Below are positions 9,460-19,601 of a stretch of 64,000 nucleotides of DNA, piece by piece. The notes beneath the pieces were generated by a model. The model ran no database searches and was not told the DNA's origin. It worked only from the letters and a program-made list of their open reading frames with translations. The translations under genes were made by a program, and so were the position numbers. Each line of letters starts with the position of its first letter. Position 1 is the first letter of the stretch. The stretch comes from an uncultured delta proteobacterium (GTDB lineage Bacteria; Desulfobacterota; Binatia; UBA9968). The stretch spans positions 1,536,001 through 1,600,000 of the forward strand of contig CAVSHR010000004.1 in the NCBI GenBank assembly GCA_963727625.1, written 5' to 3'.

Positions 9460-12400
9460 ATGGATAACGATTCATTTAAGACACCGGAGACTAAGGACCA
9501 TCTCGCCGGTCGTATCGCCGGTCTCTCCCTGGAAAAGCGCGCGCTTCTCGAGCTGAGACTGAAGAATAATCTCGCTCGCGCCTCCGCTGAACTGATCATA
9601 CAGCGTGTGGCACTACGCGAGTCAGTCCCACTTTCTTTTTCCCAGCAGCGGCTGTGGTTTTTGGATCAGTACGAGCCGAACAGCTCGGTTTACAATGTTC
9701 CGAGCGCCCAGCGGCTTCGAGGGCCACTCGATATCGGCGCGCTAGAGCACAGTCTCGGTGAGATCGTAGGGCGCCATGAAGCGCTCAGAACGACATTCTC
9801 AGTGGTCGAGGGAGAACCGGTTCAGGTGATCGCGCCCGCAGCGAGTATTTCGCTGCCCGTATCGGATCTCAGTCATTTTGCGAACAGCGAGCGTGAGGAA
9901 GAGGCCCGACGGCTTGCCACGGCAGAAGCTCGGCGGCCCTTTGATCTCAGTCAAGGCCCGCTGTTTCGGGCCACTCTCATCCGGCTGGATGAAGACGATC
10001 ACCTATTACTGTTGACGATGCATCATATTGTCTCTGACGGCTGGTCGATGGGAGTGCTTCACCGCGAGCTGTCGGTCCTCTACCAGGCTTTTTCCCAGGG
10101 GCAGCCCTCTCCCCTTGCCGACTTGCCGATCCAGTACGCCGACTATGCGGTATGGCAGCGGGAGTGGCTCAAGAAAGACGAGTTAGACAGGCAGTTATCG
10201 TACTGGAAAAAGCAGCTGGAGGGGGTCCCGGCAGTGCTCAATCTTCCCACCGATCGGCCCCGTCCGGCGGTGCAGAGCCACCGGGGAGCACGGCAGTCGA
10301 TTACCTTGTCTAAGGAGCTCTCCGAGAAGCTCAAGGGATTAAGTCGCACGCAGGGAGTCACGCTGTTCATGACTCTTCTGGCGGCTTTTCAGACCCTGCT
10401 TTATCGCTACACGGGGCAGGAAGACATTGTGGTGGGCTCGCCGATCGCCAATCGGACTCGGACCGAAATCGAGGGTTTGATCGGCTTCTTTGTCAATACC
10501 TTGGTGCTGCGGTCAAACTTCTCTAGCAACCCAACATTCAAAGAGCTCTTAGCCCAAGTTAGAGAGACGGCCCTGGGAGCTTATGCGCACCAAGACCTGC
10601 CGTTTGAAAAACTCGTCGAAGAACTCAAACCGGAACGCACCCCCAGCCACTCGCCGCTGTTTCAAGTTCTTTTCAATATGGCCGGCCAGGGGGACTTCAA
10701 TCTTGATTTGCCTGGACTCACGACCGAGCGGTTGTCATTTTCCGACGCAGAGTCAAAGTTCGATCTTACTTCGTATGTCGGAGAACAGAAGGATGAAATC
10801 AGCGTCAACCTCGTTTACAGAGTCGACCTGTTTAGCGAGTCCTGGATAACATGTTTTTTACAGCAATACCGGTATTTGCTCGAGCAGCTCGTGAGCACCC
10901 CGGAAAAGTCGATCCGATCGTATTCGCTCGTCACTCCGGAATCGCGCGTTCTGTTGCCCGATCCGAGCGCTGTTCTCACTGAGCCGCCGCAAAAGTTGGT
11001 AACCGACAAGTTCTTGTCATGGGCTAGACAAACGCCGGTGCAGCCCGCGGTTAGTCAAGGCCAGCAAACGTTGACGTATGAGCAATTGGCTGAGCATGCC
11101 GATTCGATTGCCCGAGCGTTAATGGCAACCGGGTTGGAGCCGGGAGATGTCGTCGCCGTTCATGGTCGTCGAAGCTTTGGTTTGGTCGCCGCTATGATCG
11201 GCACCTTCTTGAGTGGCGGAGTACTTCTGCTTATTGACCCCAACCTACCAAAGCGGCGCAAACAGCTCATGCTTAAAGAAGCCAGAGCGCGGAAATTTTT
11301 ATCCATAGGAGACCAGGATGAAAATACGGGGGTGAATGCAGACTACGCGATCGACGTTCTATCGGTCGATCCAGCGACTGGACATGTTCTGGGTTTAAAA
11401 AACGCTGTGGATCTGAATACGATTTCGTCGCCAAAAGTTTCGCCTAATGATCCCGCCTATATTTTTTTCACCTCGGGGACGACCGGGATTCCCAAGCCCG
11501 TGTTGGGTTGCCATAAAAGTTTAAGCCATTTCCTTGGGTGGCAGCGCGAGACTTTCGCCATTGGACCAAACGATCGGGTAGCGCAACTCACCAATCTTTC
11601 CTTTGACGCGGTCTTGCGGGATATTTTCCTGCCTTTGACAAGCGGCGCCACGCTTTGTCTGCCGGAACTCAATGACGACGCTGGCTCCGCCGATCCAATT
11701 TGTTGGTTGGAACGTGAACGCATCTCCGTTCTACACACCGTTCCTTCGTTGGCCGATTCTTGGTTAGCGTCTGAGGTGCAGCCATTCTACCTGCCTCATT
11801 TGCGCTGGCTGTTTTTTGTCGGCGAGCCGCTCACCGATACGCTGGTGCGACAATGGCGCGTTACCGTTAAGAATGCTGGAGAGATAGTCAATCTCTACGG
11901 ACCCACGGAAACCACCTTGGTAAAATGTTTTTACCGAGTGCCAGCCGACCCGCGACCGGGCGTTCAACCGGTGGGCTCGCCGATCTCCGGCGCTCAGGCG
12001 CTAGTCTTAGGACACGACAACCAGTTGTGTGGGGTCCACGAGCCCGGCGAGATCGTTCTTCGAACTCCTTTTCGCAGTTTGGGCTATCTGAATGCGTCCG
12101 ATGAGAGCCGGAAGCGATTTATCAAAAATCCATTTCGTGACGATGCCGAGGACTTGATTTACTTCACCGGCGACGCAGGTCGCTACCGTGCCGATGGGAC
12201 GCTTGAGATCCTAGGGCGACTCGATGATCAGGTTAAGATTCGCGGCGTGCGCATCGAACCGGCTGAAGTCACGGCGATACTCTCCCAAAATCCTCTAGTA
12301 GCCTCCTGCATCGTGGTTGGCAAGAAAAACGAAGGCGGTGAAACTCGCTTGGTCGCTTACGTGGCGGCCTCGAAACAAGGGCAGACATCAGGTGCACAGC

Positions 12401-12852
12401 TAGCCTCCTATTTACTTGAGCGGCTACCCGCTGCCATGATGCCATCGGCGTTTGTATTTTTGGATGCTCTGCCCCTTTCACCCAACGGTAAGGTCAATCG
12501 CGAAGCACTTCCCGAACCGAGTCACAATCGATCTGAAGCATGCGAGGCTTTCGTGGCACCGCGCACCGAACTTGAGCAGATTGTCGCGGGTATTTGGGCA
12601 GAGGTTCTCAAACTGGAGAGAATCGGCGTCCACGACAGTTTTTTCGAGCTGGGTGGGCATTCACTACTTGCGACCCAGATTGTTTCAAGACTTCGCGTAG
12701 CGCTGCACGTGGAGTTATCTTTGCGGGCTCTATTTGAAAAACCGACCGTCGAGCGTTTATCTGACCACATCGAGGGGCTTCGGTGCGCCGGAACAGCAAA
12801 TCAGCCGACGTCCATAGATGCTTTCGGTGAGAAAGAAGAGATATTGCTATGA
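9460..12852 (+). CDS. NRPS module: docking-C-A-PCP; A domain of the DxRH (acidic/aminoadipate-like) type
   Basis: N-terminal LSLEKRALLELRLK; HHIVSDGWS; FTSGTTGIPKP; FDAVLRDIF; LGGHSL; C-terminal short motif EKEEILL. Confidence 0.95.
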   Translation: MDNDSFKTPETKDHLAGRIAGLSLEKRALLELRLKNNLARASAELIIQRVALRESVPLSFSQQRLWFLDQYEPNSSVYNVPSAQRLRGPLDIGALEHSLGEIVGRHEALRTTFSVVEGEPVQVIAPAASISLPVSDLSHFANSEREEEARRLATAEARRPFDLSQGPLFRATLIRLDEDDHLLLLTMHHIVSDGWSMGVLHRELSVLYQAFSQGQPSPLADLPIQYADYAVWQREWLKKDELDRQLSYWKKQLEGVPAVLNLPTDRPRPAVQSHRGARQSITLSKELSEKLKGLSRTQGVTLFMTLLAAFQTLLYRYTGQEDIVVGSPIANRTRTEIEGLIGFFVNTLVLRSNFSSNPTFKELLAQVRETALGAYAHQDLPFEKLVEELKPERTPSHSPLFQVLFNMAGQGDFNLDLPGLTTERLSFSDAESKFDLTSYVGEQKDEISVNLVYRVDLFSESWITCFLQQYRYLLEQLVSTPEKSIRSYSLVTPESRVLLPDPSAVLTEPPQKLVTDKFLSWARQTPVQPAVSQGQQTLTYEQLAEHADSIARALMATGLEPGDVVAVHGRRSFGLVAAMIGTFLSGGVLLLIDPNLPKRRKQLMLKEARARKFLSIGDQDENTGVNADYAIDVLSVDPATGHVLGLKNAVDLNTISSPKVSPNDPAYIFFTSGTTGIPKPVLGCHKSLSHFLGWQRETFAIGPNDRVAQLTNLSFDAVLRDIFLPLTSGATLCLPELNDDAGSADPICWLERERISVLHTVPSLADSWLASEVQPFYLPHLRWLFFVGEPLTDTLVRQWRVTVKNAGEIVNLYGPTETTLVKCFYRVPADPRPGVQPVGSPISGAQALVLGHDNQLCGVHEPGEIVLRTPFRSLGYLNASDESRKRFIKNPFRDDAEDLIYFTGDAGRYRADGTLEILGRLDDQVKIRGVRIEPAEVTAILSQNPLVASCIVVGKKNEGGETRLVAYVAASKQGQTSGAQLASYLLERLPAAMMPSAFVFLDALPLSPNGKVNREALPEPSHNRSEACEAFVAPRTELEQIVAGIWAEVLKLERIGVHDSFFELGGHSLLATQIVSRLRVALHVELSLRALFEKPTVERLSDHIEGLRCAGTANQPTSIDAFGEKEEILL
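9643..10667 (+). repeat. Copy 1 of a ~1025 bp near-identical direct repeat (C-domain coding region)
   Basis: Matches 13089-14113 at a constant offset of 3446 nt with only scattered substitutions. Confidence 0.93.
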
Positions 12853-15800
12853 CGATCGCTGAGCTCCTGTCTCACTTGCAAAATCAGCACGTTACGCTTC
12901 GCGCTGACAATGACCATCTCATCCTTAACGGCCCGAAGGGAGCACTAACCTCCGCACTGCGCGCCGAGTTAATTGAGAGGAAAACGGAAATCCTGGCGTT
13001 TCTGAGAAACACGACTCGCTGTGCAAAACCCGAAGAGTTATCTCCTCGGCGGTTGTCGAGGAAATGGCGTTTACCACTTTCCTTCGCGCAGCAGCGGCTG
13101 TGGTTTTTGGATCAGTACGAGCCGGGCAGCTCGGTTTACAATGTTCCGAGCGCCCAGCGGCTTCGAGGGCCACTCGATATCGGCGCGCTAGAGCACAGTC
13201 TCGGTGAGATCGTCGGGCGCCACGAAGCGCTCAGAACGACATTCTCAGTGGTCGAGGGAGAACCGGTTCAGGTGATCGCGCCCGCGGCGAGTATTTCGCT
13301 GCCCGTATCGGATCTCAGTCATTTTGCGGACAGCGAGCGTGAGGAAGAGGCTCAAAGGCTCGCCACGGCAGAAGCTCGGCGGCCCTTTGATCTCAGTCAA
13401 GGCCCGCTCTTTCGGGCCACTCTCATCCGGCTGGATGAAGACGATCACATCTTGCTTTGCTCCATGCATCATATTGTCTCTGACGGCTGGTCGATCGGAG
13501 TGCTTTACCGCGAGCTGTCGGTTCTCTACCAGGCTTTTTCCCAGGGACACCCCTCTCCCCTTGCCGGCTTGCCGATCCAGTACGCCGACTATGCGGTATG
13601 GCAGCGGGAGTGGCTCAAGGGAGACGAGTTAGACAGGCAGTTATCGTACTGGAAAAAGCAGCTGGAGGGAGCCCCGGCAGTGCTCAATCTTCCCACCGAT
13701 CGGCCCCGTCCGGCAGTGCAGAGCCACCGGGGAGCACGGCAGTCGATTACCTTGTCTAAGGAGCTCTCCGAGAAGCTCAAGGGATTAAGTCGCACGCAGG
13801 GAGTCACGCTGTTCATGACTCTTCTGGCGGCCTTTCAGACCCTGCTTTATCGCTACACGGGGCAGGAAGACATTGTGGTGGGCTCGCCGATCGCCAATCG
13901 GACTCGGACCGAAATCGAGGGTTTGATCGGCTTCTTTGTCAATACCTTGGTGCTGCGGTCAAACTTCTCTAGCAACCCGACATTCAAAGAGCTCTTAGCC
14001 CAAGTTAGAGAGACGGCCCTGGGAGCTTATGCGCACCAAGACCTGCCGTTTGAAAAACTCGTCGAAGAACTCAAACCGGAACGCACCCCCAGCCACTCGC
14101 CGCTGTTTCAAGTGATGTTCGTGCTTCAGAATGCACCCAGCACGGAACTCAAGTTTGAGGGTCTCAGTGTGAGTCCGGTAAGGGTGGGTGAAGAGACGGC
14201 AAAGTTTGATCTGACTTTCTCTGTGAACCAAGCGGCGGAAGGGCTCCGGTTTTCGTTGCACTACGACACCGATCTTTTTGACGCCTCGACGATTGAACGG
14301 ATGATCGGCCATTTTAGAACCTTGCTTGAAGGGATTGTGGCCAATCCCGAGCAGCGCATCTCCGACCTGCCAATGCTGACCGAAGCTGAAAAACACCAGC
14401 TGTTAATCGAGTGGAACGACACCAAGGCCGACTATCCGAAAGACAAGTGCATCCACGAGTTATTTGAAGAGCAGGTCGACCGCACGCCTGAAGCGGTGGC
14501 GGTCGTTTTTGAGGACCAACAACTTACCTACCGAGAGCTCAATACCCGCGCCAACCAACTCGCCCATCATTTGCAAGAACTCGGAGTCGGTCCCGACCTC
14601 TTGGTCGGCATCTGCATGGAGCGATCCCTAGAGATGGTCGTGGGGCTGCTAGGAATCCTCAAAGCCGGTGGTGCCTACGTCCCGCTCGACCCAACCTACC
14701 CCAAAGAACGGCTGGGGTTCATGCTGGAGGACACAAAGGCCGGCGTAATTTTGACCGATACGGTTTCGCTGAACAGCCTTCCCCCCGTTAGCGCCCGGAC
14801 GATTTGTCTGGACCGGGACTGGGAAAAGATTAGAACTGAGTCGCAAAACAATCCGAGCAGTCAAAGCACAGCCAACAATCTCGCCTATGTAATCTACACT
14901 TCCGGTTCGACCGGACGTCCTAAGGGCGTCCAGGTTGCGCACCGTGCTGTGTCTAATTTCCTCACTCATGCGAGAAAAGTCCTAAGCCCGACTAAGAAAG
15001 ACACCTTTCCCTTAGTGGCTAATATTTGTTTCGATATTTCGGTGATGGAACTTTTTCTGCCGCTCCTTTCGGGTGCCCGCTTGGTCGTAGCCAGCCATTC
15101 GGTTGTCATTGATGGAACCCGGATCCAAGAGATGCTATCGGAGTCCGAAATTACAATCATGCACGCGACACCGGCAACGTGGCGAATGCTTTTACAAACC
15201 GGCTGGACCGGCGCAGCCAACTTGACGATCCTTTGTGGGGGAGAGGCGCTTCAAATTGAATTGGCGGATGAATTAATGACGCGGGGCTCCTCGGTGTGGA
15301 ATCTGTATGGTCCTACGGAGACAACGATTTTTTCCTCTTTTACAAGGTATCGGCACCCGTATAATCACGGCACGGTATCGATTGGCCGCGCTGTCGCGAA
15401 CACGCAATTCTATATTCTTGATGATCATCTGCTGCCGGTTCCGATTGGAGTTTCGGGACAGCTTCACATAGGGGGAGACGGCTTGGCGCGAGGCTACCTA
15501 AACCGGCCTGACCTTACCGCGGAAAAGTACATCCCCGACCCATTCAGCAAAACTCCGGGGGCGCGCCTTTATAGGACGGGGGATTTAGCCCGTTATTTAC
15601 CCGATGGCAACGTCGCGTTTCTCGGCCGTATCGATCATCAGGTAAAGCTCCGTGGCTTCCGTATCGAGTTGGGAGAGATTGAAGCCGTACTGGGTGAGCA
15701 TTCTAAAGTTCGTCAATCGGTTATTCTCTCACGAGAGGATGTTCCCGGAGACAAGCGACTTGTGGCTTATGTGGTACCAACCCACAGCCGTACTGCTCCC

Positions 15801-16310
15801 GTCAACGAACTACGGGCGTTTCTAAAAAATCAATTGCCCGAATACATGGTGCCGTCCGCATTTGTGTTTATGGAATCGCTGCCGCTTACGCCCAACGGCA
15901 AATTAGACCGCAAAGCACTTTCGGCCCCGGATAAAAGCAGCTTTGAATTGGCAACGAGCTACGTCGCGCCTCGGACCCGGGAGGAGAAATTGATCGCAGA
16001 GATATGGGCCGAAGTGTTGAGACTCGAAAAGGTCGGTATCCACGACAATTTCTTTGATCTTGGCGGTCATTCATTGAAGGCCACGCAAATTATCTCTCGA
16101 TTGCGTGCATCGTGGCGGATGGATCTGCCCTTGCGCGTCCTGTTTGAGGCACCGACTGTAGCAGAGCTGGCCTTGAGACTTGAGCGGAGTGCATCGGAAT
16201 CCGATGAGCTCGAAGAGTTTAGCCGTAATCTGGCTGAGGTGGAATCGCTGACAGATGAAGAAATAGAGCGGCAGCAGATCGATAAGCACAAGAAGCAGCA
16301 GAGATGCTAG
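12849..16310 (+). CDS. NRPS module: TubC-N-type docking-C-A-PCP; glycine-like A domain
   Basis: N-terminal MTIAELLSHL...LRAELIERKTEILAFL; HHIVSDGWS; FDISVMELF; ATPATWRML; LCGGEAL; NLYGPTETTIF; LGGHSL; ATGA overlap with the upstream gene. Confidence 0.95.
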   Translation: MTIAELLSHLQNQHVTLRADNDHLILNGPKGALTSALRAELIERKTEILAFLRNTTRCAKPEELSPRRLSRKWRLPLSFAQQRLWFLDQYEPGSSVYNVPSAQRLRGPLDIGALEHSLGEIVGRHEALRTTFSVVEGEPVQVIAPAASISLPVSDLSHFADSEREEEAQRLATAEARRPFDLSQGPLFRATLIRLDEDDHILLCSMHHIVSDGWSIGVLYRELSVLYQAFSQGHPSPLAGLPIQYADYAVWQREWLKGDELDRQLSYWKKQLEGAPAVLNLPTDRPRPAVQSHRGARQSITLSKELSEKLKGLSRTQGVTLFMTLLAAFQTLLYRYTGQEDIVVGSPIANRTRTEIEGLIGFFVNTLVLRSNFSSNPTFKELLAQVRETALGAYAHQDLPFEKLVEELKPERTPSHSPLFQVMFVLQNAPSTELKFEGLSVSPVRVGEETAKFDLTFSVNQAAEGLRFSLHYDTDLFDASTIERMIGHFRTLLEGIVANPEQRISDLPMLTEAEKHQLLIEWNDTKADYPKDKCIHELFEEQVDRTPEAVAVVFEDQQLTYRELNTRANQLAHHLQELGVGPDLLVGICMERSLEMVVGLLGILKAGGAYVPLDPTYPKERLGFMLEDTKAGVILTDTVSLNSLPPVSARTICLDRDWEKIRTESQNNPSSQSTANNLAYVIYTSGSTGRPKGVQVAHRAVSNFLTHARKVLSPTKKDTFPLVANICFDISVMELFLPLLSGARLVVASHSVVIDGTRIQEMLSESEITIMHATPATWRMLLQTGWTGAANLTILCGGEALQIELADELMTRGSSVWNLYGPTETTIFSSFTRYRHPYNHGTVSIGRAVANTQFYILDDHLLPVPIGVSGQLHIGGDGLARGYLNRPDLTAEKYIPDPFSKTPGARLYRTGDLARYLPDGNVAFLGRIDHQVKLRGFRIELGEIEAVLGEHSKVRQSVILSREDVPGDKRLVAYVVPTHSRTAPVNELRAFLKNQLPEYMVPSAFVFMESLPLTPNGKLDRKALSAPDKSSFELATSYVAPRTREEKLIAEIWAEVLRLEKVGIHDNFFDLGGHSLKATQIISRLRASWRMDLPLRVLFEAPTVAELALRLERSASESDELEEFSRNLAEVESLTDEEIERQQIDKHKKQQRC
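13089..14113 (+). repeat. Copy 2 of the ~1025 bp near-identical direct repeat
   Basis: See copy 1. Identity ends after CCGCTGTTTCAAGT (PLFQV). Confidence 0.93.
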
Positions 16311-18215
16311 AAGGAAACAACGATCGAATGGTGGAAACAGCAGGCTATACGATCTATCAACTTATTCGAGATTGGGCGAAAGCGACCCCTGAAGCTATCG
16401 CCATCGCTTCCCCGGTCCACGAACCGATCACTTATCGGCAATTGGTCAGTCAAGTCGATTCTATCGTCAAATCACTCGGTGAAATTGGGATCGGTCATCA
16501 AGACCGCGTTGCTATTGTTGTGCCAAATAGTTTTGAGCTGGCGATAATTTTTCTCGGCGTCTCCTGCGCTGCTATCAGTGTCCCGCTTAATCCGTCGAAT
16601 CGAGAGAATGAATTCGACTTTTATCTCTCCAATGTTCCTGCCAAAGCGCTCGTCGTCCAATCAAGCGTGGACTCGGCCGCGGTTTCGGCTGCGCGAAGGC
16701 GCGCCATCCCCGTCATTGAAGTCGTCTCAACGTCAAATGCGGGGCCCTGCGTTTTTATCCCTAAAATTTCAACGTCCGCCCCCCCTACCCGTTATCGTCA
16801 ATCCGAGCCGGATGACGTCGCCCTCGTGCTTCATACTTCGGGAACGACCGCCAAGCCGAAAAGAGTTCCGCTCACTCACAGAAATCTGTGCGTATCCGCC
16901 TCTTCAATTCAAAAGACCCTTCATTTGACAAACAAAGACCGCTGCCTAGGCGTGATGCCCTTGTTTCATATTCACGGCCTAGTCGGCGGGCTGCTTTCTT
17001 CGTTGGCAGCCGGCGCCAGTTTCGCGGCCGCACCCGACTTTGACGGCGATCGTTTCTTCGACTGGATGAAGGAGCTCTCCCCCACATGGTACACGGCGGT
17101 TCCGACAATTCATCAGGAAATTCTCAGACGTGCCCGAGAGCGAAACGAACGCATCCCAACGAATCGCCTTCGTTTTATTCGATCATCGTCTGCTCCGCTT
17201 CCGCATAAGGTCATGGTCGATCTCGAGGAAGTTTTTAGCGTGCCGGTCATCGAAGCTTACGGTATGACCGAGGCTTCCCACCAAATATGTAGCAGTCAGC
17301 TGCCTCCAGCGGAGCGCAAAGCGGGTTCTGTCGGGATAGTGACCCACACGGACATCGCGGTCATGGACGAAACAGGAAATATTGTCAACGCCGGGAGGGG
17401 CGGGGAAATCGTAATTCGTGGGACCAACGTCATGATGGATTATGAGTCTGACGACGCTAACGAAGGGCCGTTCATCAATGGATGGCTTCGAACGGGGGAC
17501 ATGGGATACTTCGATTCTGACGGTTTTCTCTTCCTTACGGGACGGCTAAAGGAGATCGTCAACCGTGGTGGCACTAAAATAATGCCATGCGAGATCGACC
17601 AAGCGTTGCTCGATCATCCCGATATCTTGCAGGCGGCTGACGTTTGCCACATCGCATCCGACTCTCGGCGAGGAATTGCGGCGGCCGTTGTGGCGCGCGA
17701 CCGAACCCAGACAACGGAGGCAACATCCGTGAATATCTGATTCAGCGTTTAGCCACTTGTCAAAGTGCCGTACTCGGCTATTGATTGTAGATCGACATCC
17801 CAAAGAGTCCAACCGGAAAAGTCCAGCGAGCTAACTTAGCCAAGATATTCGCTGAACGAATGCCGGGCTGGTTTCGTTGCTCCGAAAAACAAGTTGGAGG
17901 CGATCGTCGCCCGTGATGTTTGCCGATATCTTGGAAATTAAACAGGTCAGCTCACGCGATAATTTCTTCGCCCTGGGCGGAGATTCTCTTCGCGCTACGC
18001 AGGTGATATCTCGTGTTCGGTCGCTTTTATCTATTAACGTTGCCGATCTCAACCTTGTTCTTGAAAACAACCGTGGTGGAGCTTGCGGAGGAAATTGCCG
18101 CATCAGTGCATTCGCTCGATCACAACTTGGAAACGGCAATCATGACAGAATCGAGAGCGGTTTCGGAGGAAGGACGCTCAGCCAAAATCTAGCTGAAGTG
18201 TCATTGCCAAAATGA
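16304..18215 (+). pseudogene. Oxalate-CoA ligase-like (AAE3/Pcs60-type) adenylating enzyme fused to a PCP; 3' third has multiple indels
   Basis: LHTSGTTAKPKRVPLTHRNL, MPLFHIHGL, TWYTAVPTIHQ, LRFIRSSSAPL, EAYGMTEASHQ. Then HPTLGEE, FKVP, IPKSPTGKVQR, FVAPKNKLE and DNFFALGGDSL appear in shifting frames after about 17640. Confidence 0.82.
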
Positions 18216-19498
18216 CAAAAAAAAATAACCAGATGGACCCATCAGAGCTAGCGAGCCGCTTTGCCAATCTTTCACCTTTGAAACGAGCGTTTTTGGAGGA
18301 AAGGCTTAAGGAAAAGGGTCTCTATTCTTTAGTTAAGCCGACTATCCCATATCGGACGACATCGGAAACAGCAGCTCTACTCCCAACGGCAAGGTGGACC
18401 GAAAGGCACTGCCAGCCCCTGAGCTGAGGCGGTCGAGTCTTGAAAGAAAACTACGTACCTCCTAGAAATTTTACGGAAAATAGCATCGCTAAAATCTGGC
18501 GCGAAGTGCTTGGCATAGATCGAATAGGGATTCACGATAATTTCTTTGACTTGGGTGGCCATTCACTGCTTGCAGTAAAACTCCTGTCGCAGTTGGGGAA
18601 TTTTTATAATCTAGACATAAAAACGCGCTGGCTGTTCGAATCCCCTACCATCGCACAGTTTGCCAAGCACATCCGGAGTAGAAGTTTCTCCAACGAAGGA
18701 GAGAAAGCAACGTGGTCAAATTTAGTGAAGTTGCAGCCGAGTGACGGGAAACGGCCGGTGTTTTTTGTTCCCGGAGGTGCCGGTGGTGAACAAGACATGC
18801 TCAGATGTATCCCCCTCCTTCGTCGACTTGGAGATAAGTATTCCTTTTATGGATTATTGAGCCAGGACAACCGGGTGCTCGGGAGCGTCGAAGAAATCGC
18901 TAAAGAATACCTCAAAGAAGTGAGAACCGTTCACCCCGACGGTCCATATGTTTTGATCGGCGAGTGTATTTCGGGGGTTGTAGCGTACGAGATGGCCCAA
19001 CAACTGCGTGCTCAAGGCCAAAACGTCGCTTTATTGGCGCTTTTAGATACTGTTCGGGTGACCAAACGCAGGTACTTTAATTTTCAACGTCACTATTACC
19101 TGCAAAGACTGACTGTTCATTGGAACCATTTACAAGAGTTCAATTTAGGGGAAAAGATTGTTTATTCGTTGCAAGCAGCAAAGGCAGTTGTCTCCGCGAA
19201 GTTCTTTCTTGATGGGAAACGAGGCAAGAAGAACAGCCAAAAGATAAGCACTACGGGATACGACTACGATACGACTCTTCTTCGTTACCGCCCGCGGGAA
19301 TATCAAGCCCGTATGACCCTCATTTTAAGTGAAACGATTTACAACAGACAACCTGATGGAGGATGGGCTAACCTCGTGCCTGCCGGCGTAGACGTCTACA
19401 GGGTCAACGCTCCTCACAATACATACCTGACAGATCACGTCGATTTTACCGCTACACTCTTGAGAGAATGTTTAGAATGCGCGGAAGGGGATATTTAA
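18212..19498 (+). CDS. Docking helix + A-domain tail + PCP + thioesterase; intact ORF 18440-19498, frameshifted 5' part
   Basis: LSPLKRAFLEERLK, then TPNGKVDRKALPAPE in another frame at about 18379. PCP DLGGHSL; TE with GECISG, LALLD and APHNTYL. Confidence 0.82.
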
Positions 19499-19525
19499 AA
19501 TCAAACTGATTCCTGCTCTTGCCCC

Positions 19526-19601
19526 AATGCCGCACGGACTCTACGTGACCCATGTCTGTGGCCATGAGCGTCGATCTAGACCGACGAGTCGCGGCATTTT
19601 T
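19526..19601 (+). terminator. Long imperfect hairpin followed by a T tract, downstream of the NRPS cluster
   Basis: AATGCCGC(ACG)GACTC ... GAGTCGCGGCATT then TTT, between convergent genes. Confidence 0.35.

Noticed and set aside
8460-18460. Programmed frameshifting as the cause of the NRPS frame breaks
   Set aside because: The breaks are many, clustered and lack slippery heptamers; error or decay is more parsimonious.
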